Below are positions 20,750 through 29,235 of a stretch of 59,671 nucleotides of DNA, one piece after another. The stretch lies in IMG/VR virus record IMGVR_UViG_3300032311_000698, positions 1 through 59,671 of that record; one strand, written 5' to 3'. Numbering within the stretch: the stretch's first letter is position 1; every line of letters starts with the position of its first letter. This DNA is from a virus (taxonomy: Duplodnaviria; Caudoviricetes). Below the pieces are notes generated by a model. The model searched no databases, was not told the DNA's origin, and saw only the letters and a list, made by a program, of their open reading frames with translations. The position numbers and the translations under genes were made by a program.

Positions 20750-22506
20750 TTTGTGTATTTAGTGAGAATTGCTCCTTCAGCAGCGAGTGGGATATCTGGA
20801 ATCCACTCCGGTGGGGTAGACATAATCTTGATCACGCGCTGGAGATCGAGATTAGCAGTTTCTTCTGGAACTTCCAGCACTACTTCATCGTGGACGTGGA
20901 AAATAATTTTCAAGCCCGCATCGTGAATCCGGCAAAGCATATCGCAGAAGATGTCTCTGGCAAGGGCTTGGCTGGCGTTTTCGGCCAGCAGGCCGCCGTA
21001 GACCTTGACGGGCATTTTCTTGGAATGCTTATTCATCATGGCTATATATTGTGTACGTCCTTTCTGAGACACAGCCTGTAGATGCCCGTAGTTCAGGGAC
21101 CGCCCAGACGGGAGGTCGATTGAGAACTCATCTTGCTGATCTCTCGACAGACCCATGTTTTCGTTGTACTTGCGCCAGAGAGACACAACCTTTTTCATTT
21201 TGGTCCTGTAAAGGTTGACTGCGCCTTCCGCTTCGAGCGGATCCATCTTGGAGATCATGGCGAACTTCTCCGGACCGCAGCCGTAACCGCAGCCGAGAAC
21301 GATTGCCTTGACCATGTGACGGGTCTTCGGATCATTCTCCCGCATCGACCCTTTATCCTTATTCCAGAGTCCGAAACGGACTGCGAAGGCTTCGTAGATG
21401 TCGTCGCTCGCTGCGATCTCTGCCATCGTATCTTTGTCTTCGGCGAGCCAGCAGAGGGTACGTACTTCGATCTGCGAGAGGTCAACCGCCAACAGACGGT
21501 ATCCTTTCGCGGGTGCGATGAGCGATCGAAGGTCAACGCCGAACATCTCTCCGCGTGGGAGGTTTTGAAGATTCAGGTTTCCGCCGGATCCGGAGAACCT
21601 TCCGGTGTGGGCTCCGAAATACATCAGTCCGCCGTAGAATCTCCCATCGCCCATCGTCGCCTTATCGAAGGATTCAAGTTTCCGTTTAAGGGAGTTGATG
21701 CGCCTATAGTTACGGACAGCATTGATCCATGGATATTGTTCGCTGTTGGAATCTAAAAACTCATTGGCTTCGTCGCTGTCCAGCGCAAGGCTTGCCGGAG
21801 GCTCCAGACCGTTCTTCCGGCACTCATCGTTGAACGCGATGCGGCTGAGTACTGGTCTTTCACCAACCCAAGGAATAGCTTCCTCTGTGTTGAAAAGGGT
21901 TTGATTGATTCCGGCAATGCTTTCGTGGAGCAGATCTGCGTTAATCGGGATGCCATTGAAGACAGCTTTGCGGTTGACGAAGCTGATTCTCCGCTCACGT
22001 TCCGACCACTTGTCGGATAGTTTCTGCCAAAGCTCCAAGCAGTAATCGGAGTCCTTGATCGCGTATTCAATAACCTCTTTCTGGAAATCGGCGGTCATGG
22101 CAGACCACTTCTTTCCGCTCATGTTGTCCCGCGTGGATTTGTCCACCGTTATTCCGAGCACTACAGCGGAAGCGTTTTTAAGACTTCTCGGAAGTCCGAG
22201 ACAGGCTACCATGTCGGCGGTGCAGTGCCACTCTGCGAAATCGATGGCGGGCCACCATTTGTTTTCAACTCCGAAATAATACAGGTGTTGGTCGAAAGAA
22301 GCGTTGTGAGAAAGGATACGATTGCCGTTTAATATTGACCAATCAAAATCGGCAGGAGCGCCACAAAATTTAGTACCGTCATCTCCAACTACCGACATGA
22401 GGTAGGCGTCGAAGTTGGGGTGGGAGAAATAGCCGCGAGGGCCAAAAGTAGTGATTGAACACTGTTTGTCGTAGTACGACTCGAAGTCTAGAGCGTAAGT
22501 TTTCAT
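20746..22506 (-). CDS. polA: Family A DNA polymerase with 3'-5' exonuclease
   Basis: Exo motifs DFES, HNASFD, YAIKD; HTGRFSG; motif A DLSQIEVR; motif B KAIVLGCGYG; motif C HVHDE; start taken at ATG 22506. Confidence 0.93.
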   Translation of the reverse strand: MKTYALDFESYYDKQCSITTFGPRGYFSHPNFDAYLMSVVGDDGTKFCGAPADFDWSILNGNRILSHNASFDQHLYYFGVENKWWPAIDFAEWHCTADMVACLGLPRSLKNASAVVLGITVDKSTRDNMSGKKWSAMTADFQKEVIEYAIKDSDYCLELWQKLSDKWSERERRISFVNRKAVFNGIPINADLLHESIAGINQTLFNTEEAIPWVGERPVLSRIAFNDECRKNGLEPPASLALDSDEANEFLDSNSEQYPWINAVRNYRRINSLKRKLESFDKATMGDGRFYGGLMYFGAHTGRFSGSGGNLNLQNLPRGEMFGVDLRSLIAPAKGYRLLAVDLSQIEVRTLCWLAEDKDTMAEIAASDDIYEAFAVRFGLWNKDKGSMRENDPKTRHMVKAIVLGCGYGCGPEKFAMISKMDPLEAEGAVNLYRTKMKKVVSLWRKYNENMGLSRDQQDEFSIDLPSGRSLNYGHLQAVSQKGRTQYIAMMNKHSKKMPVKVYGGLLAENASQALARDIFCDMLCRIHDAGLKIIFHVHDEVVLEVPEETANLDLQRVIKIMSTPPEWIPDIPLAAEGAILTKYTK

Positions 22507-22520
22507 GTTATTTTTAGGCA

Positions 22521-22561
22521 AAAAGATGCCCCACGCGTAGCAGATATAACTACACGTGGGG
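22521..22561 (-). terminator. Intrinsic terminator/attenuator just upstream of the polymerase
   Basis: Minus strand CCCCACGTGTAG-9 nt-CTACGCGTGGGG followed by CATCTTTTT. Confidence 0.55.
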
Positions 22562-22573
22562 TCTTTGGTTTTA

Positions 22574-22780
22574 TTACTTGAATTCGACGACGTTTTCCGG
22601 AGTCGTGTCGAGTTCAAACTCTAGTTGCTCTGGGATACTCTGCAAAGCGAGTCCCATTGCTTCGGTGAAACTGATGATGCGGTCTCGTTGTGCGGTAAGT
22701 TTCTCAATGTTCTGAGAAAGTTCTGCGATAACTTTGGACGCGTGTTCAATTTCTTCTCTGATGATTTGATGTGGAGTCAT
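22574..22780 (-). CDS. Small coiled-coil protein with QLEFEL motif
   Basis: 68-aa ORF between the SSB-like gene and the polymerase. Confidence 0.6.
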   Translation of the reverse strand: MTPHQIIREEIEHASKVIAELSQNIEKLTAQRDRIISFTEAMGLALQSIPEQLEFELDTTPENVVEFK

Positions 22781-22784
22781 AATA

Positions 22785-23429
22785 TTATGCGTTAAAGGAT
22801 GAGAGGAATTCTGCGACTGCTTCTGGCGTTTGGTTGTTTGTCGCCGTCAGAGACGGGACGTACCAGCTGTATTTGCCCTTCTCCATAAGTTGAGTCTGGA
22901 AACTCCAGATACGGTTTTGGATCGGTGTGGTGCGGTTAAAGGCAGCGAATGTAGCCAGACGTTTGAAGGTCTGCCTATATGCGTCTTTAGCCACATACAG
23001 TTTAGCAAGCGCATAGTTCTCGTCACCAATCGGAAACGCATATGCTTCATCATCGGTATTACCTTCCGGCTGTTTGAAGAGCAGGATGATATCGGCAAAT
23101 TCAAGGATCGGCCAGTCTGAGTCCAGAGCCAATTTCTTGGAATCGTCTGGGGTAGTTGCGATACGTGGGATCATATCGGAATCAAACGGGACGTCTTCTT
23201 TCCATGCCTTCGTTGCGGACACCACTACGACCTCACCAGTTTGTTCTGGCTTGAGTAGCGTGTATTTCTTATCCAATACAAGGCTGCCAGTAGAGGCTTC
23301 GATGTCGGATGTTTTTTGGACGACATTGACACGTGGGATGTCGATATCACTTGCGTCAATCATCAAGCCGCTCTGGTTGGTGATAACGTTATTATTTTGT
23401 GCGACTAGCACTTCGGTTTCTTCACTCAT
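22785..23429 (-). CDS. Putative single-stranded DNA-binding protein
   Basis: DIDIPRVNVVQ N-terminus and aromatic YSWYVP C-terminus; located between the Cas4-like nuclease and PolA. Confidence 0.55.
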   Translation of the reverse strand: MSEETEVLVAQNNNVITNQSGLMIDASDIDIPRVNVVQKTSDIEASTGSLVLDKKYTLLKPEQTGEVVVVSATKAWKEDVPFDSDMIPRIATTPDDSKKLALDSDWPILEFADIILLFKQPEGNTDDEAYAFPIGDENYALAKLYVAKDAYRQTFKRLATFAAFNRTTPIQNRIWSFQTQLMEKGKYSWYVPSLTATNNQTPEAVAEFLSSFNA

Positions 23430-23467
23430 GTTATTAGCTTCTAGCTTCTGTTGTTTGTTGTTTGTGG

Positions 23468-24583
23468 TTACGACAGCGTGTATCGCGTGTCGGATGTTTC
23501 GATGATGCCCGCATTTTGACAGGCGTCAACAAAATCTTGAGAAATTTTTTTCTTTTCTGATTTTTCTACTTTGTCCGCAATTACTTTGGACACTTTGTTC
23601 ATGGAGACGGTAGCTGATTCCAGTACTTCTTCGAAATTAAGGCCGAAATCCATAGCGATGCCAACTAGAGTTTGGTTGTCAACAATCTTTTTTGTAGACC
23701 CCATCGAGCGGAGCCGAAGGGACGGGAACTCAGTTCCGTTCTTCGCAAGCTCGACGGTTCTGGCGCGTAGCCTATCCGACCAGTTCGACACTACCTTTGC
23801 AACAGCCCAAAGTTCTTCAAGTACCGCTGGATCTTCGGTGTTCTCCAAATCTACATCGGGAAGTTGTGGGTCAATCTTTCTCGCCACTTCCAGAACAAGC
23901 CCGCCCAAAGCCGGACAGATGTCTTCGTAACGGCAGAAGCGGCAATTGGGAGTTGGTGTCAGATCTTCCAGAGCTGGCTTGCCACCGATCCACTTTGGTC
24001 TTGTGGCTTCTGCTTTGAGGATAGCGGTGCTGAGTTCCTGTACCAGTGAGTCGTAGTGTTCCGATCTCTTGAATGTGTAGTGAAGAGACTGGTCGTGTTG
24101 CGGCACATAGAACACGAATGTAATTTCCTCTACATCGGGAAACTTCTGGAACGCTCCGACGACATACGCTTTCGCTTGCCAGTTCTTTTCCGGTGGGTCG
24201 ATGATACTGATGCCCGTCTTGTAGTCTGCCATCACAGCGTTTCCGGATTCAAGAATCAGGAATCGGTCGCACGTACCCCATGTCTCTGTACCGTTGAGGG
24301 TTACAGTAACTTGAATCTCGTTGTACTCCTCAGTGATGTTTCCAAAGTTATTCAGGAACTCTTTTTCCATCGCTACGATCTTCTCGTAGATATCCAGTTC
24401 CTGTTCGTTGTGTAGGGCGGACGGGTCGAAGATCTCCAACGCCTCATGGATTCGAGTACCCATTTCAGCGGCAGCGTTTGTGCCTTCCCGTCCGTGGAAT
24501 CCCGCACATTTCGATACGTACTTGAGGGACGATGGCGAGAACTCTGCGTGTCCACGCGAGCTGTGGTCTGGTTGTTGTTTCAT
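23468..24583 (-). CDS. Cas4-like PD-(D/E)xK exonuclease (DUF2800-type)
   Basis: HAEFSPSS..C, GTRIHE, GTCD, DYKTG, QxxxY, CRFCRYEDIC. Confidence 0.85.
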   Translation of the reverse strand: MKQQPDHSSRGHAEFSPSSLKYVSKCAGFHGREGTNAAAEMGTRIHEALEIFDPSALHNEQELDIYEKIVAMEKEFLNNFGNITEEYNEIQVTVTLNGTETWGTCDRFLILESGNAVMADYKTGISIIDPPEKNWQAKAYVVGAFQKFPDVEEITFVFYVPQHDQSLHYTFKRSEHYDSLVQELSTAILKAEATRPKWIGGKPALEDLTPTPNCRFCRYEDICPALGGLVLEVARKIDPQLPDVDLENTEDPAVLEELWAVAKVVSNWSDRLRARTVELAKNGTEFPSLRLRSMGSTKKIVDNQTLVGIAMDFGLNFEEVLESATVSMNKVSKVIADKVEKSEKKKISQDFVDACQNAGIIETSDTRYTLS

Positions 24584-24849
24584 TCGGTTACGATGATCAA
24601 AAGTTTTTCGTTCCGCTCAATAGAGACAATCTTTTTGTTTGGCAATTTCGGGTGGTATTCCCGCAACGATGTGCCGACACTAATGAACGGCCCGCCAGAA
24701 GGATCAACAAAACTGATTCCGTTTTCATCGCTCCCGAATCGGGCTACAGGATTCACGAACGAGATCAAATACTTTTTGGGTTTTAGTTTGGTAAGGGTAC
24801 ATGAATGGCCATTACGGCCCATGATTTTAAACGGTTCAATTTTCTTCAT
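24580..24849 (-). CDS. Hypothetical protein
   Basis: 89 aa, FVDPSGGPFISVG motif, overlaps neighbours. Confidence 0.6.
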   Translation of the reverse strand: MKKIEPFKIMGRNGHSCTLTKLKPKKYLISFVNPVARFGSDENGISFVDPSGGPFISVGTSLREYHPKLPNKKIVSIERNEKLLIIVTE

Positions 24850-25024
24850 CTTCTTTAATTTGTTGTGTAATCTCTTTGATTGCGATTTCTAGCAAATCCA
24901 TTTCTGCTGTGAGTATTTGTGTAGATCCTAACTTTTCTTTTTTGGCTCTTCTGAAATAAGCCTCTTTAAGGGCAGTCAGGATTAGTTTCTGTATTATTTG
25001 TTTCTCTATCTGTTCTGTTTTCAT
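24836..25024 (-). CDS. Hypothetical protein
   Basis: 62-aa helical ORF in the packed minus-strand array. Confidence 0.5.
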   Translation of the reverse strand: MKTEQIEKQIIQKLILTALKEAYFRRAKKEKLGSTQILTAEMDLLEIAIKEITQQIKEDEEN

Positions 25025-25145
25025 GTGATTGTTCTAAAGCTATTTGTCTCCACCTCTCAGCCTCTGCTTTCCATAACGCTGCTTCTTTGATCGCTGCGTT
25101 TTTGTCGGCAATAATCGTTGAGATGGCGTCGTCTACAGCACTCAT
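24966..25145 (-). CDS. Hypothetical 59-aa protein (not in ORF track)
   Basis: MSAVDDAISTIIADK...; ATGA overlap with the upstream gene. Confidence 0.4.
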   Translation of the reverse strand: MSAVDDAISTIIADKNAAIKEAALWKAEAERWRQIALEQSHENRTDRETNNTETNPDCP

Positions 25146-25354
25146 GATCGATTTTTAATTTTACGTTTGATGATGTTAAAGAGGGACATGTGTGCGATAA
25201 TTGAATCGAAATGTCGAAGACTTTTTTCGCACGACGGACAGACAGGTTCTCTCAGCCGTTCATCCGGTGCGTTGTTACGGCGTCCCTTTCGACCGCACAT
25301 CTTGCAGGTGTAGCGACGTGATGGCAACTTAGTAGAACTCTGGTGGTTTGACAT
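25142..25354 (-). CDS. Small zinc-finger protein
   Basis: CKMC...CPSC; start taken at ATG 25354. Confidence 0.55.
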   Translation of the reverse strand: MSNHQSSTKLPSRRYTCKMCGRKGRRNNAPDERLREPVCPSCEKSLRHFDSIIAHMSLFNIIKRKIKNRS

Positions 25355-25574
25355 TTCTGAAGGGGTTTCCGCTTTTAGGTGGGTGTACTCCGTCCATCCA
25401 GAACGTCTGCGCTTGCGTTGTTCTGGCAAAGCCCACGCACATCAGGATCTCGAAATACGCTGACGGGTATTGTTCGGCCAGACGCATGGCTTCTGCCTGT
25501 GCGGCTTCAAGTGTGGCGTGGCGTACTTTAGGTGCGCTATTGTTGTATCGGTATACGTAGTAGTATGGTTTCAT
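25329..25574 (-). CDS. Hypothetical protein
   Basis: PKVRHATLEAAQAEAMRLA motif typical of small phage proteins. Confidence 0.6.
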   Translation of the reverse strand: MKPYYYVYRYNNSAPKVRHATLEAAQAEAMRLAEQYPSAYFEILMCVGFARTTQAQTFWMDGVHPPKSGNPFRNVKPPEFY

Positions 25575-25578
25575 AGAT

Positions 25579-25731
25579 CTATTTGTTGGAAGCCCACATC
25601 AGTCCGACATTGGCTAGTGCATAAGCACACCAGACTAATGCCCACGGATAGTTACCGCCCATAGCGTGGGACACGCCGACTGCTGCGTACAGAACGGTAA
25701 CTACGCCGATGATGTGGGATTCGTCAATCAT
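25579..25731 (-). CDS. 50-aa membrane microprotein, paralog A (not in ORF track)
   Basis: MIDESHIIGVVTVLYAAVGVSHAMGGNYPWALVWCAYALANVGLMWASNK; 26/50 identical to 58277-58429. Confidence 0.75.
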   Translation of the reverse strand: MIDESHIIGVVTVLYAAVGVSHAMGGNYPWALVWCAYALANVGLMWASNK

Positions 25732-26147
25732 TAGTTATAGTTTTCTTCGCGAAACATTTTGCTGAGTTTCCGAACGGCGTTGCCTGAATGGATGATGTTG
25801 AGGTCGTTGTAAAGCTCAATTAACAATCCTCTGTATTCGTCGCGCTCGCGTTCCAGCTTTTGGCATAAAAAAACAATTGGATTTTCATATGTAATTTTGT
25901 TGGCATTAACCCAAACATCCTCCTGTAAGAATTTAAGATGCTTGTTTGCCTTTACACACTTGTCGGTTTCTGGTGTGTCACTCATTGTTTGGTCGGGTTG
26001 GTCGGGTTGGTCGGGTTGGTTATCGTCAACGTCTTCGCCGCAATCACGACAATAATAACCCATCGGTACAGAGCGCGAAAAGAACGGCTCATTGTTGCTT
26101 CCGCAATGTGGGCAATAGACGTGATTTGTTTCTGGTGTGTTACTCAT
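25731..26147 (-). CDS. Mosaic hypothetical protein (Zn ribbon + second MSDTPET module)
   Basis: MSNTPET-CPHC..CRDC-(QPD)3-MSDTPET...LERERDE. Confidence 0.6.
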   Translation of the reverse strand: MSNTPETNHVYCPHCGSNNEPFFSRSVPMGYYCRDCGEDVDDNQPDQPDQPDQTMSDTPETDKCVKANKHLKFLQEDVWVNANKITYENPIVFLCQKLERERDEYRGLLIELYNDLNIIHSGNAVRKLSKMFREENYN

Positions 26148-26565
26148 CGCTCCCTCCTTTCACGGCGGTGAGGGCTGCATTGATTCGATTTTCAATTTCA
26201 TTCCACCCATCAAATTGAACATTCCTACGATGACTTTCTGGAAGTCTCCAGTAGTCATATGGCTCTTCTCCTTTTCGATATTTCATGACATCTTTCAAAG
26301 CCTCCGCCAGCCTGTCGCGCTGCTCTTCAGCGTCTTGCGCTGCGTAGATTCGTGATTGCTGTCCCTCGATGAATTCGTTGATTATCTCTGGAGTGCCGCC
26401 CCAACTCATGAGCGTTCTCCATTCGTTCAGTTCCTCCATGGCCTCAATCGCATCGTCTATCGCTTTGCCGATTTCCCACGGATCGGGTTGATCCCTATCC
26501 TCATCTGCCCTTCTCCACAGGTTATAGTCACGCAGAGTCCAGATGGCGTGTTGAAGATTACTCAT
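26140..26565 (-). CDS. Hypothetical protein
   Basis: Starts MSNLQH behind AAGGAGG; ends GGSDE. Confidence 0.6.
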   Translation of the reverse strand: MSNLQHAIWTLRDYNLWRRADEDRDQPDPWEIGKAIDDAIEAMEELNEWRTLMSWGGTPEIINEFIEGQQSRIYAAQDAEEQRDRLAEALKDVMKYRKGEEPYDYWRLPESHRRNVQFDGWNEIENRINAALTAVKGGSDE

Positions 26566-26893
26566 CGCTCCCTCCTTCCCACTTGTTAATGGTTTTGAGA
26601 AATGCTTCGGCGCGGTGGGCCGCTGTTGCGCTAACACTTTCAAACCATTCACCATTTTGACGAATGGTTTTAACTAATTCACAAGCATAGTCTGCGTGTG
26701 ATTCATCGCTTAAAATCTTCTCCGCTTCGTGCATTGCGTTGAGGTCGTTGCAGTAGTTGGGAAGGTCTCCGCATTGGAGTTCTGAAAATCCGTCAGGATC
26801 ACCGCTGAAGTCAGGGTCAACCCACAAGTCTTCGTGGTAGTGTTTCCACCCACACGCTTTTGCAATGGCGATGTTTATGCGTTTGTTGGTCAT
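26558..26893 (-). CDS. Hypothetical protein (Lar/ABA-sandwich-like small phage family)
   Basis: INIAIAKACGW...PNYCNDLNAMHEAE...ATAAHRAEAFL; ends GGSDE. Confidence 0.6.
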   Translation of the reverse strand: MTNKRINIAIAKACGWKHYHEDLWVDPDFSGDPDGFSELQCGDLPNYCNDLNAMHEAEKILSDESHADYACELVKTIRQNGEWFESVSATAAHRAEAFLKTINKWEGGSDE

Positions 26894-27126
26894 GACTTTG
26901 CCTCCAGCTTCTCGATTTCTTGAATCAACTTGCCCACAGCCTTCGCGATGTGGGGCCACTCAACGAGGTCAAAGCGGAGATTTTTTTCTTCGCCGTTCTC
27001 TGCGATCTGCCGCATTTCGATAAAGGGTCCGGCGGCTTCGTCCACGATGCTGATCTCTGTGGCTTGCTCGCTAAAGATCGAATGGCCTTTCGGCAGTACT
27101 GTTATTCTTGATGTTATTGTGTTCAT
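26890..27126 (-). CDS. Hypothetical protein
   Basis: 78 aa, SIVDEAAGPFI motif. Confidence 0.6.
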   Translation of the reverse strand: MNTITSRITVLPKGHSIFSEQATEISIVDEAAGPFIEMRQIAENGEEKNLRFDLVEWPHIAKAVGKLIQEIEKLEAKS

Positions 27127-27136
27127 ATTATTTAAT

Positions 27137-27688
27137 TTATTGTGGTTCTAATTCAATAGATTTTTCTTTGTACTCAGCTGCGGAAATAGTGAGGCCAAAC
27201 ATTCTCAATACTTGATTTGCTTTCCCGATCTGAAGCGTAGGCTTTGATTTTTCTAAATCAATAATAAAACGTATTCCAGTTCCTGCATATCCGGCGAGCT
27301 GTTTCTGAGTCAAACCCAAAGACTGTCGTCTGTACTTTACTATTTGAGATATTGGCGAATATTCTGTTGGTTGGGTGGGAGTCTTTAATTCTTTTGACTT
27401 CTTTGGGATTGGGTTTTTTAGTTTGTGTTTATTTACCAAATTGAAGCCCATAAGTTTCGCTCTGTAGATCTCTACCGACTCTAACTCAAGAGCTTGTTCT
27501 TCGTTGTCATAGCAGTGAACTATTTCAACTTCGCGATCCATATTGCAAGAAGATATAATTTCTTTACGCACAGCTAACCATTCGTCACTCCTGCCACAAG
27601 TCTCATAAGCTCTATCACCAACGCCTTTTCCAACATAGAAAATGGCTTTAGTGACTGGATGCTTGTGGCGGTAAACATAATATAACAT
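27137..27688 (-). CDS. GIY-YIG (LEM-3-like) endonuclease fused to an XRE/HipB-like HTH
   Basis: YYVYRH...FYVGKG..RAY...R...E; C-terminal RRQSLGLTQKQLAGYAGTGIRFIIDLEKSKPT. Confidence 0.75.
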   Translation of the reverse strand: MLYYVYRHKHPVTKAIFYVGKGVGDRAYETCGRSDEWLAVRKEIISSCNMDREVEIVHCYDNEEQALELESVEIYRAKLMGFNLVNKHKLKNPIPKKSKELKTPTQPTEYSPISQIVKYRRQSLGLTQKQLAGYAGTGIRFIIDLEKSKPTLQIGKANQVLRMFGLTISAAEYKEKSIELEPQ

Positions 27689-27792
27689 GGTATTAAAATA
27701 TAAAGCAGCCTTTTTGCTCAGAGTGCGCGGCTCGATCCACTGACCGCTACTGCCAAAACTGTCGTGTTTCTCCCAACCGGTACGGGAAATTG

Positions 27793-27866
27793 TGGAGCCC
27801 CATGAAAGAATCGAACTTTCGTCAGATGATTACAAATCAACCGTTTTACCATTAAACTAATAGGGC
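27793..27866 (-). tRNA. tRNA-Thr(UGU) with encoded CCA
   Basis: GCCCTAT acceptor stem, GTTT/AAAC D arm, anticodon loop TT-TGT-AA (one U-U mismatch in the stem), GAAAG-TTCGATT-CTTTC T arm, 3' TCCA. Confidence 0.9.
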
Positions 27867-27872
27867 GGAGAA

Positions 27873-28028
27873 TTATTTTTTCCAGACCCAACGCTTTGGT
27901 TTTTTGGATTCCAAATACGCTTCATAGTCCAGTTTGTTTTTGCAGCCTAATGGTCCCCTACAGGCGCTCCTTAAAACACCAATGCTGGCGCAGGAACACT
28001 GGTAGGTGACTTTAGGCTTTCGTTGCAT
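27873..28028 (-). CDS. 51-aa Cys-containing basic protein (not in ORF track)
   Basis: MQRKPKVTYQCSC...CRGPLGC...WKK fills the gap upstream of the tRNA. Confidence 0.45.
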   Translation of the reverse strand: MQRKPKVTYQCSCASIGVLRSACRGPLGCKNKLDYEAYLESKKPKRWVWKK

Positions 28029-28030
28029 AA

Positions 28031-28228
28031 CTAGATACTGTGGTCCTCAAGAAATTCACGCTTGAACATGGACTCAGTGATGTCTGGATGCCATGCCATG
28101 TAGGTCATGACTGTCCGAAACACTGTGACAAGTTCCTCTAGCGGAACATCACGTGGAAACGAGAACTCCATCTTGCTTCCTTCATGTGGAATCTCCACGC
28201 TAATCTTCATTCGTCGGTCGTTGTTCAT
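28031..28228 (-). CDS. Hypothetical protein
   Basis: 65-aa ORF, ATGA overlap. Confidence 0.55.
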   Translation of the reverse strand: MNNDRRMKISVEIPHEGSKMEFSFPRDVPLEELVTVFRTVMTYMAWHPDITESMFKREFLEDHSI

Positions 28229-28965
28229 GGTTGTGGGTCTGGATATTTGATGTCGCAGTCTTCACAGATGTACCCGTAAAGCCAATGATAAATTTTACGG
28301 CGACCACATTTGCATTCGTCGTCGATTTGAGATTCTGGTATAAGATCACAATTTGTGATGAAGACGCGGTATTCTGGTACAGTGCCTTCTTCAAGGTCGC
28401 AATCTGCGACCTTACGGCGGTACAAATCAATGGATTCCACTTCTATTCCCATAGCCTTTACTATGCTCGTTTCTTTCCATTCGCCAACTTGTTCATCAAA
28501 GAACTCGTCGCCTTCTTGAATGAACTCTCCTTCTTTAAGGACGCGGTATTCTGGTACGGTGTCTTCGTCAAGCGGACCCCAAAAGTCTTCGTACGACGCG
28601 CCTACTTTCGGAGAACCTTCCTCAGTTTCGTCGTTAGTGGGTCGCTTGTTCCTGTCATCCTGTAGCTTGCCACAGTACTCTGCATCCATGAGGATGTTCG
28701 CGCTACAGGCAATGTGTGCCAGATGCGTGATACCGGATTCAGGGTCCAAGTCTTCCCCGTCACGCCATGCGTTCAAGTGACGCAGGATTGCGTTGACATA
28801 AGTGCTGGCACATACGCCAGTCTCGCGCCAGTTCCACGGACCGTACCTCTCTGCGCCAAACTTGTGGACCCATGCGGTCTGTTCCATTGCGTACGGTGGG
28901 ACTAATCCCAGTGGGGCTTTAAGGGAGCCCGCTTGCCCTTTGGGGTCATTGTATTGTGTTTGCAT
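28225..28965 (-). CDS. dATP/dGTP diphosphohydrolase-like protein (DUF5664-type) with mosaic C-terminus
   Basis: K..LGLVP...GAERYGPWNWR...AILRHLNAWRDGEDLDPESGITHLAHIAC. Confidence 0.8.
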   Translation of the reverse strand: MQTQYNDPKGQAGSLKAPLGLVPPYAMEQTAWVHKFGAERYGPWNWRETGVCASTYVNAILRHLNAWRDGEDLDPESGITHLAHIACSANILMDAEYCGKLQDDRNKRPTNDETEEGSPKVGASYEDFWGPLDEDTVPEYRVLKEGEFIQEGDEFFDEQVGEWKETSIVKAMGIEVESIDLYRRKVADCDLEEGTVPEYRVFITNCDLIPESQIDDECKCGRRKIYHWLYGYICEDCDIKYPDPQP

Positions 28966-29164
28966 TTAGTGTGTCTATTTTCTGTTTGTATTCTGCTGCC
29001 TTATCAAATTTTCCTTCTTCGATTGCTGTGTTGTACATCTTCAGCCGTTCTGCAAAAGTAAATTCCCTCTGCTTGCGGAAGATCTCATCGAAATTATTTC
29101 TGAATGATTCGCCGTCTACGTGACGGGGAAGATCTCCTTTTCCTGCTCCAGTTCCAAATGACAT
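28946..29164 (-). CDS. Small hypothetical protein
   Basis: GAGKGDLPRHVD...NFDEIF motif. Confidence 0.6.
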   Translation of the reverse strand: MSFGTGAGKGDLPRHVDGESFRNNFDEIFRKQREFTFAERLKMYNTAIEEGKFDKAAEYKQKIDTLNANTIQ

Positions 29165-29235
29165 CGTATAGTGTGGTTAAGATTTCAGTCAAAATAATCG
29201 CGGCCCAATAAGAGTAAAGAAAAAAGTTTGAAATT

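Noticed and set aside
25590-25720. Apparent intergenic multi-stem ncRNA (CCCACATCA/TGATGTGGG, TAGTTACCG/CGGTAACTA)
   Set aside because: The interval is fully explained by a 50-aa ORF with a clear paralog at 58277-58429; the pairing may be incidental mRNA structure
27793-27866. tRNA as an attP/integration site
   Set aside because: No integrase or repressor module recognised and no duplicated tRNA 3' end
20746-28965. 2-aminoadenine (Z) genome system suggested by PolA plus a dATP/dGTP diphosphohydrolase
   Set aside because: No PurZ/adenylosuccinate synthetase-like gene seen, and strong restriction-site avoidance argues for unmodified DNA
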